64,000 nucleotides of DNA from Octopus sinensis (lineage: Eukaryota). The position numbers were made by a program, and so were the translations under genes. The stretch is from NCBI RefSeq assembly GCF_006345805.1, contig NC_043011.1, forward strand, positions 20,596,464-20,660,463. The letters are read 5' to 3'. Below the pieces are notes generated by a model. The model searched no databases. It was given only the letters and a program-made list of their open reading frames with translations, and was not told the DNA's origin. The first letter of the stretch is position 1. Each line of letters begins with the position of its first letter. This document shows positions 12,180 to 24,800 of the stretch, in pieces.

Positions 12180-12520
12180 TGAGCAAACGGTCTTCGTCCC
12201 AGAACTCGCAAGATGGGAGAAGTCCGAAACGTGGTCCTTTGCTATTTGTAAGACCTGCAGAAGAGAAAGCAGGTCAACCCCCCAACACCGAGAGCATCGA
12301 CGGATGGATGAATGCACATCCAGGCTCAGTGGTTGCGTAGGAAGAAAGAGTGAGAGAAAGTTGGGGTGAAAGAGTACAACAGAGGTCGCCACCACTTCCT
12401 GCCAGAGCCTCGTGGAGCTTTAGGTGTTTTTGCTCAATAAACACATGCAACGCCCGGTCTGGGAATCAAAACCGCGATCCTCCGACCGCGAGTCCACTGC
12501 CCTAACCATTGGGCCATTGT
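12180..12520 (-). mobile_element. tRNA-derived SINE, family C, tail type 3
   Basis: Family C head and body followed by the tail TACGCAACCACTGAGCCTGGATGTGC...GACCGTTTGCTCAACAGC. Confidence 0.8.
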
Positions 12521-12957
12521 GCTTCCTGTTGTTGTTGTTGTTCTAGTGCTGGTGGCGGTGGTGACTTTTTCGATTGTTGTTCTCAATGTTGTTGTTCATC
12601 ATCATCATCAACATTTGATGTCCATTTTCCATGTTGGCATGGACTGGACAACTTGACAGGAATTAGCAAAGTCAGGGACCACACCAGGTTCCATAATCTG
12701 TTTCAGCTTGGTTTCTACAGCTGAATACCCTTCCTAACACCAACCACTTTACAGAGTGCACGGGATGCTTTTCAAATGGTACCATCACCAGTACTTTTTA
12801 TGTGACACCAACATCCACACCAATGCTTTTTACATAGCGCTTAATTTTCAGGATATCAATTCTGTTGTGGTGGGCAGGTCTTCTTGAAAACAGCAATTCA
12901 TGACATACCATGGTCCTCTGTCATCTCCTTCATAAGGTTCATAAGGTTCATAAGGTT

Positions 12958-13097
12958 CAAAATCTCTCGTGGAAACGTCATCCAACCAAAGTACAAATAT
13001 ATGGGAAACTACCATCTGTATCATCTCTTGTGAAAGGCAGAAGAGTCCAGTTTGATGGACATTGTTGTAGAGCTGAAAACTAGGTAATTTCTACTCG
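12958..13097 (+). mobile_element. RTE-like LINE internal fragment
   Basis: Near-identical to ~43655-43790 (NLSWKRHPTKVQIYGKLP...). Confidence 0.85.
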
Positions 13098-13351
<254 letters not shown>

Positions 13352-13637
13352 GTTATACCAATGTCACAGACATATTTTCTTGTATAAAGAAAATGATATT
13401 AATATTAAGCAGACAAAGCAAAAATATATATGCATGTATAAACAAATACATTTGTAAGGACTTCATCTACGCATGGACAAGTATGTTTATCTGTGGAGAA
13501 TTAGTGTTGAGTTGTTGGTAGTGGAGATTAGTCTTGAAAGATTGAGTTGAATTGTTTTCTTAAGTGATGTTGTAGGGAGATCCTGTCTTGTTGACATATG
13601 TGCGTGGGTGGGTGCATGAACATACATATATCTACAA

Positions 13638-13858
13638 GGCGGCGAGCTGGCAGAAACGTTAGCGTGCTGGGCGAAATGCTTAGCAGTATTTCGTGTGTCG
13701 TTACCTTCTGAGTTCAAATTCCGCCGAGGTCGACTTTGCCTTTCATCCTTTCGGGGTCGATAAATAAAGTACCAGTTTCGCACTGGGGTCGATGTAATCG
13801 ACTTAACCCCTTTGTCTGTCCTTGTTTGTCCCTAGCTCCTTGTGGGCAATAAAGAAAT
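13638..13858 (+). mobile_element. tRNA-derived SINE, family A, full length
   Basis: GGCGGCGAGCTGGCAGAAACG head, GAGTTCAAATTCC B-box, 12-bp TSD ATATATCTACAA. Confidence 0.92.
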
Positions 13859-14048
13859 ATATATCTACAAGTGTGTGTGTGTGGATAGATAGATAGATAG
13901 ATAGATAGATAGACTAAACCCGGAACCATGTGGTTGGTAAGCAAGCTACTTACCACACAGCCACTCCTATACCTATTCAATATTTTTTTTAAATCCTGTT
14001 ATATTCTTATAATCAAATCTTTATCATTCTCATCATCCTTATCCTCAT

Positions 14049-14436
14049 GTGGAGGCACAATGGCCCAGTGGTTAGGGCAGCGGACTTGCAGTCGTAGGAT
14101 CGCGGTTTCGATTCCCAGACCGGGCGTTGTGAGTGTTTATTGAGCGAAAACACCTAAAGCTCCACGAGGCTCCGGCAGGAATGGTGGTGATCCCTGCTGT
14201 ACTCTTTCACCACAACTTTCTCTCACTCTTACTTCCTGTTTCTCTTGTACTTGTATTTCAAAGGGCCGGCCTTGTCACTCTCTGTGTCACACTGAATATC
14301 CCCAAGAACTACGTTATGGGTACACGTGTCTGTGGAGTGCTCAGCCACTTACACGTTAATTTCACGAGCAGGCTGTTCCGTTGATTCAGATCAACCGGAA
14401 CCCTCGTCGTCATAACCGACGGAGTGCTTCCTTCCT
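14049..14436 (+). mobile_element. tRNA-derived SINE, family C, tail type 2, full length
   Basis: A-box TGGCCCAGTGG, B-box GGTTTCGATTCC, (CTTC)n end, 13-bp TSD TCCTTATCCTCAT. Confidence 0.92.
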
Positions 14437-14473
14437 TCCTTATCCTCATCATCATTTAACGCCCATTGTCCAT

Positions 14474-14601
14474 GCTGATATACCCTCCAGCCTTCTTCAG
14501 GTGTCTTGGGAATATGGTGTAGTGGTTAAGAGTGTGCACTACTAACCCCAAGATTCCAAGTTCGATTCCAAGCAGTGACCTGAACAATAATAATAATAAT
14601 G

Positions 14602-14640
<39 letters not shown>

Positions 14641-14825
14641 TCGAAAAATATCTTAGGAATGAGAACCCAGGTTTCAAAGTTTCTCCAAGACACCTGATGA
14701 AGGCTGGAGGGTATATCAGCCGAAAGGTTGAGTTAACTACAAACAAGATGAGGACAAATATCTGTCGAATGTAAATAATGTAAATAATGTAAATAATGTA
14801 GATAATTCCTCATCTCTTAAATATA
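14474..14825 (+). mobile_element. PLE pseudo-LTR family 1: inverted partial copy plus full tRNA-head/(AAT)n/HHR unit
   Basis: Inverted HHR half (14474-14510) abuts TATGGTGTAGTGG (14513). B-box AGTTCGATTCC at 14559. HHR 14689-14734. (TGTAAATAA)3 tail. Confidence 0.85.
14689..14734 (+). ncRNA. Minimal type I hammerhead ribozyme motif (decayed helix III)
   Basis: GACAC-CTGATGA-A-GGCTG-10nt-CAGCC-GAA-AGGT-T-GAGTT; consensus across copies is GAA-ACGT-T-GTGTT. Confidence 0.75.
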
Positions 14826-14844
14826 AAAAATGTGACTTAGCATT

Positions 14845-15390
14845 TCAACAAATAGAATTTGATAAAGAAAAAGTACTAGACTTTAAAAAATGGGGTCGAT
14901 ATGACCAACTAAACCCTTGCCACTGTCCAATTACTGAAACAAGGCGAAGAATAAAAGAACAAAGTTTGAAAAATTCTTGAAAACAGGTAATTTAGCTTCA
15001 GTTTTCAAGGTGTAAAGCAAATGTGAGACACATCTTTTGCCGGATAAAACAACAGTCAATTGCAGAGAACTTTTCAGAAGGATCTTATTAGTACTTCTGC
15101 TTAAAAACAAGGTGAACTGAAGCAATATAGAACGGAATGTTTGTTCATTGCTTTATTCTGAACCGATATAAATCACTATCAGCAGATTTCTGACTCACAA
15201 CTGACAAGTAGGTAAATCAATATTGTGCTTTTTTCCCCCGCAACTATCTCACTATTTACTCGATGCAGACAATGGTCATATCGACATTTTTTTTAGAATT
15301 TGGAGGTTTCTCTCAGTAATTCCAGTCTAAATATATAAAACTTGCAGTGAAGTTAAATTGCTTGGAGGTCAGTGGCCATAAAAGAAACAA
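14845..15390 (-). pseudogene. Decayed hAT transposase C-terminal (dimerization domain) remnant
   Basis: LPVFKNFSNFVLLF followed, after a frameshift, by SPCFSNWTVARV, resembling the hAT LSLPHSNAxxERxFS motif. Confidence 0.4.
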
Positions 15391-15413
15391 AGGTTAGATG
15401 TTTTTGTTGTTGC

Positions 15414-15477
<64 letters not shown>

Positions 15478-15478
15478 G

Positions 15479-15702
15479 GGCGGTGAGCTGGCAGAAACGT
15501 TAGCACGCCAGGCGAAATGCTTAGCGGTATTTCCTCTGTCGTTATGTTCTGAGTTCAAATTCCGCCGAGGTCGACTTTGCCTTTCATCCTTTCGGGGTCG
15601 ATAAATAAAGTACCAGTTCGCACTGGGGTAAGCGATTTAATCCCTTTGTCTGTCCTTGTTTGTCCCCTCTATGTTTAGCCCCTTATGGGCAGTAAAGAAA
15701 TA
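15479..15702 (+). mobile_element. tRNA-derived SINE, family A, in a (TTA)n array
   Basis: Near-identical to 13638-13858. Confidence 0.9.
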
Positions 15703-15716
15703 CATTATTATTACTA

Positions 15717-15756
<40 letters not shown>

Positions 15757-15758
<2 letters not shown>

Positions 15759-16095
15759 GAGTGAGAGAGCAGTTCATGCCATCAAAGTGACACTGGGGTA
15801 AAATATACGAAGCCCAATATACCCATCATGACTACCCGTCTGATAAAGGTACACCAGGCACATGCATCACAACCATATGTGCGCGACATGGTGATCTCAT
15901 ATCAAGATAAACAGCACATGACCTTGCAGATGGGGCCCAGTTAGAATTTTCTTCAGGTTGAGTAGCCCATCCTGCTCAAAAGGTCCCTGAATAAGGGTTG
16001 CTTTAGGATGTTGAACGAAACACCTATGTTTCCAGAGGTGAACCATTCAAACTCCAAAGAATCCCTCTCAACACATGGCCATGATGCTCCCCCAC
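15757..16095 (-). mobile_element. 3' part of the ~560-bp (AAT)n-tailed dispersed element
   Basis: Matches the 3' part of 25155-25710. Confidence 0.85.
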
Positions 16096-16150
16096 ATCAT
16101 TATTATTATTATTATTATTGTTATTATTATCATCATTATTATTATAATTA

Positions 16151-16530
16151 TTAGTCAGTAGTTTTATTTTTATAGCATGGTTTCACTTCACTACTGAGCA
16201 CAGCTCTGTGTGCCTTGGGTATGTGCTGTGGTTTGTTGTGACTCTCTGATGGTTTCTGTATTGAAAGTGATTTGCGTAGGATGTGTGCAGTGCCCAGTAG
16301 TGCAATATTTTGCATGTTATATGTATTTGTAAGTCCTGGTGTTTTTGTTATATATTTGTCTGAATATTTTTTTATCATACCTAATGTGCCTACTATGATA
16401 GGAATTGTTTCTGTTTTTAGATTCCACATTCGAGTTACCTCTATTTCGAGGTCTTTGTATTTTGAAAGTTTCTCCATTTCTTTTAAAGGCACGTTGTCAT
16501 TTGCTGGTATTGATACATCAATTAGAAAGC
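16151..16530 (-). mobile_element. RLE-type (R4/Dong-like) non-LTR retrotransposon 3' end
   Basis: KCFLIDVSIPANDNVPLKEMEKLSKYKDLEIEVTRMWNLKTETIPIIVGTLG...IALLGTAHILRKSL, a restriction-like endonuclease domain. Flanked by (TAA)n on both sides. Confidence 0.85.
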
Positions 16531-17164
16531 ATTTTATTATTATTAATTATTATTATTATTATTATTATCATTATTATTATTCTATGTTTGACTTTTGCTT
16601 TACATTTGCACAAGCTGGCTCCAAGTCTCACCCAGAGACCTCAAGAGACAACAAGTTGGAAGTTCGTGTTGGTGTTATGCCTAGGGTGCCATAAATTTGG
16701 TTTTGTACTTAGTGTTGTACTAGTGAATGTCTGAAAAAAAACATACGAAAATTATGTTTGTTTTAAAACTTGAGATTACATAGAAAGTATTTTGCTTAGG
16801 TTATGAGCAGTTCCCATGAGCACTTATTATTATTATTATTATTGAGTGAGAGAGCAGTGCATGCCATCAAAGTGACACTGGGGTAAAATATACGAAGCCC
16901 AATATACCCATCATGACTACCCATCTGATAAGGGTACACCAGGCACATATTATTATTATTATTTCATCCTAGGTTAAAGCAGTGAGCTGGCAGAATCATT
17001 AGCATGTCAGACAAAATGAATAGTGGCATTTTTTCTAGCTCTTTATGTTCTGTGTTCAAATTCCATCGAGGTTGACTTTGCCTTGTATCGTTTCAGGATT
17101 GATAAAAAAAAGTACTACTTCAGCACTGGGGTCGGTGTAATCAACTATCCCCATCCACAGAAAT

Positions 17165-17470
17165 TTTAAGTTCAGTGTCAGGCTCACAATTATGAGTTCA
17201 ATTCCCAGGCTGAGCTGTGTGTTGTGTTCTTGAGCAAGAAACTTTATTTCACATTGCTCCAGTTCACTCGCTGTAGAAATGAGTTGTGATGTCAGTGGTA
17301 CCAAGCTGTATCATCTTTTGCCTTTCCCTTGGATAACATCAGTGGTGTGTAGAGGGGAGGCTGGTATGCATGGGCGACTGCTGATCTTCCATAAACCACC
17401 TTGCCCAGGCTTGTGCCTCAGAGAGGAACTTTCCATGCTAATTGATGACTGAAGGGTGTCTTGACCCTTT
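17165..17470 (+). mobile_element. SINE family F with TGTGTTCTTGAGCAAGAAACTTT central domain
   Basis: Other copies at ~11990-12110 (+), 44250-44560 (-), 50150-50330 (-). The central motif resembles conserved V/Meta-type SINE domains (recalled, unverified). Confidence 0.7.
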
Positions 17471-17591
17471 AGTTTAAGGCAGTGAACGAGAAGAATCCTT
17501 AGTATGGCAGACAAAATACTTAATGGCGTTTCTTTCAACTCTTTATAGTTTGAGTTTAAATGGTGCTCTTTGTTTAGAACATGTGACTTAG

Positions 17592-17870
17592 CATTATTTA
17601 CATTATTCACATTATTTACATTCGACGGATATTGGCACTCATCTTGTTTGTTGTAAACACGTTTTGGCTGATATACCCTCCAGCCTTCTTCAGATGTCTT
17701 GAGGATATGGTGTAGCGGTTAAGAGTGTGCACTACTAACCCCAAGATTCCAAGTTCGATTCCAAGCAATGACCTGAACAATAATAATAATAATATCGAAA
17801 AATATCTTAGAAATGAGAACTCAGGTTTCAAAATTTCTCCAAAACACCTGATAAAGGCTGGAGGGTATAT
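17592..17870 (+). mobile_element. PLE pseudo-LTR family 1, second inverted pair
   Basis: Minus 3' half (17592-17703) joined to a plus tRNA head (17706) at the same junction as 14510/14513. Inserted in an old family E SINE. Confidence 0.85.
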
Positions 17871-18783
17871 GGCTGTCTTTGCTTTTCATCATTTAGAAGT
17901 CAATAAAACAAGTACCAGATGAATACTGCAGTTGATGTAACCTACTTACCCTTTCTCCATAAAACTGCTAGCCTTTTGCTAAATTTTATACAATTACACT
18001 GAATAACAAAATAAAAAATTTTCTGTCTTCAGTCAGTGAGTGTTATTTCCTGTTTGCTTCTATCAAGAAATCAAAGGAAATGACTACTATTCCCTTCCAA
18101 CTTTGCTTTTGTGACCTGGACATCAATGTTTTCAAACTGACCTATTTTCCATTACATTTTAGACAGATTCAGTGCTGAGTTGCTAAAGCAGAAATATCGT
18201 TATAGCAAATATTCTGCTTAATATTACAGATTTGCTTGTTAGCTGCTTGACTTTAACCACTTGAGCATGTCCTTTAATGGCTGACACAATATGTGCATCT
18301 CTGAGTAGTTGGAGAGCACCATAGTCATGTGTTGAGAGGGATTCTTTGAGGTTAGAATAAACACTGTAACAAAAACAAAATTTGAAGGAAATATTAACCA
18401 TTCTTCATACTTTCTAGGGGTAAACAAATAAGAAATAACAGCTGCTACCCAAGGACAAATATCCTGTTACACAATGTTATTATTTAACTGTTGGTTAAGT
18501 CAGAGAACAGGCAGAATCATTTGTATGGCAGACAGAATGCTTGGTGGCATTTTTTCTATGTTCTGAGTTTATATTCTGCTGAAGTTGGCTTTACTTTTCA
18601 TTCTTTAAAAGTCAATAAAATAAGTACCCTTTCTCCATAAGACTGCTAGCCTTTTCGCCAAAATTTTAAACAATTATTTAACTCTAGATCAATATCAATT
18701 AGACAGATCTATTCTACATAAAGTAGTTGAATAACTTGGTGTAGTCCATTCATAAATTCAGATATATGAAACCTACATATACC

Positions 18784-19014
18784 TATTTCTTTACTACCCA
18801 CAAGGGGCTAAACACAGAGAGGACAAACAAGAACAGACAAACGGATTAAGTCGATTATATCGACCCCAGTGCGTAACTGGTCCTTAATTTATCAACCCCA
18901 AAAGGACGAAAGGCAAAGTCGACCTCGGCGGAATTTGAACTCAGAATGTAACAGCAGACGAAATACTGCTAAGCATTTCGCCTGGCATGCTAACGTTTCT
19001 GCCAGCTCGCCGCC
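18784..19014 (-). mobile_element. tRNA-derived SINE, family A
   Basis: Full length; TSD TACATATACC. Confidence 0.92.
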
Positions 19015-19358
19015 TACATATACCACTTTTGCACATTTGCTGTTGTTGTTTAGCCCCGAGTAAGCCATGAGTGAGCAGTCTATGAGCATCTGACATTTTA
19101 TTCATCATCATCATCATTGTCACCATTTTAGCAGTCAATTTTTTGGAGTTTATTGAGGCAGATTTTCTACAAGCAGAAACCCTTCTTGTTGCCCACCCTT
19201 CCCTGTTTCCAAGCAAGCTATGTCCTCATGATCAAACATGATTACACAGAATAGTGGAAATGAATGACATTCATTTAGAACAAACATGTGAAATGAAGAC
19301 AAGGCAACACAAACACTCACACACACACATATGCATATATGTAAATATACGTATATAT

Positions 19359-19434
<76 letters not shown>

Positions 19435-19453
19435 GTATACATACATACATACA

Positions 19454-19489
<36 letters not shown>

Positions 19490-19819
19490 TATATACTGTA
19501 TTGACTGCTTTCCACCACTTTGATCATGTTTTTTGTATTGAATACGTATCGCCACCGTGGGCCACTGCATTGAACACTTTGAACATATAGCATGAATGAA
19601 CTTACTTCAAACTATATATCAACTATACATGAACTCTAAGATGCCTGACTCCGTTGTGTATTATAAATGAATTTCTTGTGTTTGACGGCATGAGCTGTCT
19701 TTTTTTATATATAACTTTTTTTGATAAGGTTCATTTCAGGAACTGAAACATGTATAATGTATATATAAAAATTAAAAATTGTATAATATAGCAGCATTTT
19801 CGAACTTCATTTTTTACAA

Positions 19820-19851
<32 letters not shown>

Positions 19852-20459
19852 AGGGTGTCCACATAGTGGTTTCTCTCTAATATGTATATTGTACAATTTT
19901 ACTGAACCTTCAGGGGTTTTTTATATGCAAGACTACTGGTGTGAAATTGATGTTAATTAAATTAATATCTAATTTCTCACCCTCATTTTAAATTTAAATT
20001 TAAATTTAAATTAATACGTTCTTTAACCAGCAAAGGCTACTGCAGTAAAGTATTATCTACAGCATCAGTTTTTCCGGTAATTTAGCGAGCCAAAATGAGG
20101 GCATTTGAAATAGTAACCACGAGTGTAATGGGTAGAACTGTTTACAAATCTGACTTTGTGTGGACGTCGTAGTATGCAGTCCTGCAAATTATATTCATCT
20201 GGACGGTCGCACCGATGATCTACTGACATTTATGTCAGTAAAATTACGTAATATGCTAATAGTGGAACATGTATGCGAATAATCCATATTTTTATTGCTT
20301 TTTCTTTTGTCTTGCTCGATTACATTTTGGTTGTTTTGCTAAATTTTTCTTGAGAACATCTCTTAGTGGTAAGACCATAGCGGATCTATTTCTAGCATAA
20401 GGGTGTCCACAGTGGTTTCCCTCGAATATGTATATATATGAATATATATATATGATAGA

Positions 20460-20640
20460 TCACTAGCCACTACACATTCTTTATTTTCTCTCCTTGTTTC
20501 TTTCTGTGTTCCTTTCTGTGGAAGAGCGTTGGCTCGAAATGTTAAAGATTTTTCACTTCCCAAGCGTTATACTAATACATCTGTTTGTTGTCTGCACCAC
20601 CTGTCTTCGTCTTTTGTTTTTTTGTGAATTCTCCCTATAT
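20460..20640 (+). mobile_element. PLE pseudo-LTR-like repeat, HHR family 2
   Basis: Copies at 39495-39672, 45652-45830 (-) and 46055-46245. HHR-like motif at 20512-20547. Confidence 0.7.
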
Positions 20641-20713
20641 ATATGTTATAATTTAGAACAAACAGTAAAAGGTTGTTATTATAGTACTTGGAGTTTGAAT
20701 GTTGGAGCGAAGA

Positions 20714-21150
20714 GCTACGATACATTCTCGTCTGCTGTTAATGGCAACAGATGCTATGGAAAACCGTTGGATAAAAGGGAAGTTACTCTAATAGGTAGAA
20801 AAAGAAAAAAAGAAAAAAGATAAAAAAATACACGCAACCATATTTTCACAATACATAGATACAAACCCTCCTGCGTAGATATGTGTGTATGTATGAGTAC
20901 ATACATATACATATATGTTTGTGTGTATGTATATGCATGTACGTATACCTGTTTGTGTGAGCATGTACGTATGTAGACGCTATGAACGCAGGAGGTTTAT
21001 GTCTATGTATTTTGAGAATATGGTTGTGTGTATTTTTTATCTTTTTTCTTTTTTTTTTTCTTTTTCTACCTATTAGAGTAACTTCCTTTTTATTCAACGG
21101 TCTTTCATAGCATCTATTGCCATTAATAGCCGATGAGAATGTATTGTAGC
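20714..21150. repeat. Fold-back inverted repeat, ~165-bp arms
   Basis: GCTACGATACATTCTCG...CCTCCTGCGT is mirrored by ACGCAGGAGG...GAGAATGTATTGTAGC around a simple-repeat spacer. Confidence 0.85.
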
Positions 21151-21255
21151 CCTTGGAAATAGAGGTAACTCGAACGTGGAATCTAAAAACAGAAACAATT
21201 CCTATCATAGTAGGTACATTAGGTATGATAAAAAAATATTCAGACAAATACATAA
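21151..21255 (+). mobile_element. RLE non-LTR fragment
   Basis: Near-identical to the reverse complement of ~16340-16450 (LEIEVTRTWNLKTETIPIIVGTLG). Confidence 0.85.
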
Positions 21256-21275
21256 CAAAAACACACACATATATA

Positions 21276-21324
<49 letters not shown>

Positions 21325-22254
21325 AAATGTTTGTGTGTCTGTGTTTGTCCCTCCAACATTGCTTGACAACCGATGCTGGTGTGTTTACGTCCCCGTAACC
21401 TAGCAGTTCGGCAAAAAGAGACCAACAGAATAAGTACCAGGCTTACAAAGAATAAGTCCTGGGGGTCAATTTGCTCGACTAAAGGCGGTGCTCCAGCATG
21501 GCCACAGTCAAATGACTGAAACAAGTAAAAGAGTAAAAAAAGAGTTATTCAAAGGGCCAGCCTTGTCACATTCTATATCACACTGAATCTCCCAGAGAAT
21601 TACATTAAGGGGGTACGCATGTCTGTGGAGTACTCAGCCACTTGCATGTTAATTTCATGAACAGGCTGTCCAATTGGTCAGATCAATAGGAAGCCTTGCG
21701 GTCATAACTGACGGAATGCCAGTATATATATATTTCAACGGTAGCTTATTTAGTTTGGTGGTAGGCTGGCAGACATAATAAACCTTTCATTAGTAGAATA
21801 AAGTACCTTGATCGGCTGTTGATCCCTTTTTTTTTAAACTACATACCTCAGTTCATACAAGTCATGATGATGACGATGGTGATGGTGATGGTGATGGAGA
21901 CAATGAGGTGGAAGGTGCGGGGTGGCGGGGGAAGGAAAGAAGTAAAAGATATAATTGATTATACATAAATACAGTAGTAGTAGTAGTAGTAGTAGTAGTG
22001 GCAGTGGTGGTGGTGGCGGCGGTGGTAGTCATCATCGTCATCATCAGTGTTATCATCATTGTTGTCGTCATCATCATTGTCATCATCATTATAGTAATAG
22101 TAGTGGTAGTAGTAGTAGCTGTAGCGGCAGTGCTGATGGCAGCGGTGGTGGTGGTGGTGGTGGTGGTGGTGATTGGGGTGGGTGGTTGTGGTGGTGTTGG
22201 TGTTGGTGTTGGTGGTGGTAGTGGTAGTGATGGTGGTGGTAATCGTCATCATCA

Positions 22255-22271
22255 TTGCTGTTCTTATGGCG

Positions 22272-22305
<34 letters not shown>

Positions 22306-22412
22306 AGGTGGTGCCAATGGTAGTGGTGGTGGTGGTGGTGGTGGTGGTGGTATTGATGGAGGTGGTAGTTATAATCATCATCATCGTCATCGTCGTTGCT
22401 GTTCTTATCATG

Positions 22413-22446
<34 letters not shown>

Positions 22447-22553
22447 AGGTGGTGCCAATGGTAGTGGTGGTGGTGGTGGTGGTGGTGGTGGTATTGATGG
22501 AGGTGGTAGTTATAATCATCATCATCGTCATCGTCGTTGCTGTTCTTATCATG

Positions 22554-22584
<31 letters not shown>

Positions 22585-22691
22585 AGGTGGTGCCAATGGT
22601 AGTGGTGGTGGTGGTGGTGGTGGTGGTGGTATTGATGGAGGTGGTAGTTATAATCATCATCATCGTCATCGTCGTTGCTGTTCTTATCATG

Positions 22692-22735
<44 letters not shown>
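22255..22735. repeat. Higher-order tandem repeat, ~140-bp unit built of GTA/GGT/CAT triplets, ~3.5 copies
   Basis: AGAGGTGGTGCCAATGG and ATTGATGGAGGTGGTAGTTATAATC recur three times at regular spacing. Confidence 0.9.
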
Positions 22736-22736
<1 letters not shown>

Positions 22737-23039
22737 AGTAGTAGTAGTAGTTAAGCCCCAAATCAGTTTTGATTCAGCAGACGTTCTAGCAGAGACCATT
22801 CCATTTTTTGTGCTTTTTGTTCATTTGTTTTTGTCTTGTTTTTTTTAATCAAACTTAATGAATCCAAGATTACATTATCCGCTATGATGTGCTTACTTTC
22901 TTTTTTAAGACAGTATGGTTGTGATAATAGAAATATTTGACTGCTGTTTCTAGCAAGTTGGGTAAAATAGCAACAGAGTTGTCATCAGTGGTGAAAGTGA
23001 TGGATGTCGGTTGTGTGGGTACTGGAAATTGTGAGAGGT

Positions 23040-23650
23040 GGTGGTGGTTGTGGTGGAAGTGGTGGCCCAGTGGCGGTGGTAGTGGTGGTAGTGTTAGTAG
23101 TGGTGGTGGTGGTGGTGATGGTGGTGGTTGTGGTGGAAGTGGTGGCAGTGGTGGCCCAGTGGCGGTGGTAGTGGTGGTAGTGTTAGTAGTGGTGGTGGTG
23201 GTGGTGATGGTGGTGGTTGTGGTGGAAGTGGTGGCAGTGGTGGCCCAGTGGTGGTGGTAGTGGTGGTAGTGTAGTAGTGGTGGTGGTGTGGTGATGGTGG
23301 TGGTTGTGGTGGAAGTGGTGGCAGTGGTGGCCAGTGGCGGTGTAGTGGTGGTAGTGTTAGTAGTGGTGGTGGTGGTGGTGATGGTGGTGGTTGTGGTGGA
23401 AGTGGTGGCAGTGGTGGCCCAGTGGCGGTGGTAGTGGTGGTAGTGTTAGTAGTGGTGGTGGTGGTGGTGATGGTGGTGGTTGTGGTGGAAGTGGTGGCAG
23501 TGGTGGCCCAGTGGCGGTGGTAGTGGTGGTAGTGTTAGTAGTGGTGGTGGTGGTGGTGATGGTGGTGGTTGTGGTGGAAGTGGTGGCAGTGGTGGCCCAG
23601 TGGCGGTGGTAGTGGTGGTAGTGTTAGTAGTGGTGGTGGTGGTGGTGGTG
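23040..23650. repeat. ~89-bp G-rich minisatellite, ~7 copies
   Basis: GGAAGTGGTGGCAGTGGTGGCCCAGTGGCG recurs; ORF starts at 23391, 23480 and 23569 show the 89-bp period. Confidence 0.9.
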
Positions 23651-24241
23651 ATGGTGGTGGTCGTGGTGGTCGTGGTGGTCATGGTTGTGGTGGTGGTGGT
23701 GGCAGTGGTGTTGGTTGTGGAGGTGGCATTGGTGACAGTGGTGGCAGTGGCAGTGGTGATGGTAGTGGTGGTGGTGTTGATAGTGGTGGTGATGGTGGTG
23801 GTGGTGGTGGTGGTACTGCTGCTTCTGCTGCTACTGCTACTGCTGCTGCCACTACTGCTGCTTCTGCTGCTACTGCCGCTGCTACAGGTGCTGGTGGTTG
23901 TGCTGGAGTGGTGATGATAGTAGCAGTGGTGGTGGCATCGGTGGTGGCGACAGTGACTATGACAATGTTAGTAATATTAGTATCATCATCCTAAACACTA
24001 GTCATTCCTTCTGCTAGGAATAGCAACCAAATGACCCTCAAATCACTCTCTTAAAGAAAGAAAACAATTATATGTTGTGTAACGTGTAATATGGGTACTT
24101 TAGTAGTCTGTAAATAGGAAATGAGATGGGTTGGTCATGGTTGGAATGCCTTTGATAAAACTGCTCTGAGGCTAAAGAACAGCAGCAACTAATAATAATA
24201 ATAAAATAATAATAATAATAATAATAATAATAGTAATAATA

Positions 24242-24295
<54 letters not shown>

Positions 24296-24424
24296 TGATG
24301 ATGATGATAATAATAATAGTATAATAATAATAATTATAATAATAATATAATAATAATAATAATAAAATAATAATAATAATAATAATGATGATGATGATAA
24401 TAATAATAGTATAATAATAATAAT

Positions 24425-24474
<50 letters not shown>

Positions 24475-24717
24475 TGATGATGATAATAATAATAGTAATA
24501 ATAAGCCTTTCTGCTATAAGCACAAAACCTGGATTTTTGGGGAGGTGGCTAGTCGATTACATCAACCTCAGGACTCCATTGGTATTTATTTCATTGACTC
24601 CCGAAAGGATGAAAGACAAAGATGACCTCAGCAGAATTTGAACTCAGAACATAAAGACGGACAAAATGTCACAAAGCATTTTGTCTGGCACACTAACAAT
24701 TCTGCCAACTCACCACC

Positions 24718-24800
<83 letters not shown>

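Noticed and set aside
14049-14580. tRNA genes suggested by A/B boxes and anticodon-like loops
   Set aside because: No acceptor-stem pairing or poly-T terminator; the heads run into multi-copy SINE or pLTR bodies, often inside TSDs.
21959-23994. Mucin-like Thr-rich or Gly-rich ORFs
   Set aside because: They derive from triplet mosaics; the 89-bp unit shifts frame at each repeat and no splice or homology support is visible.
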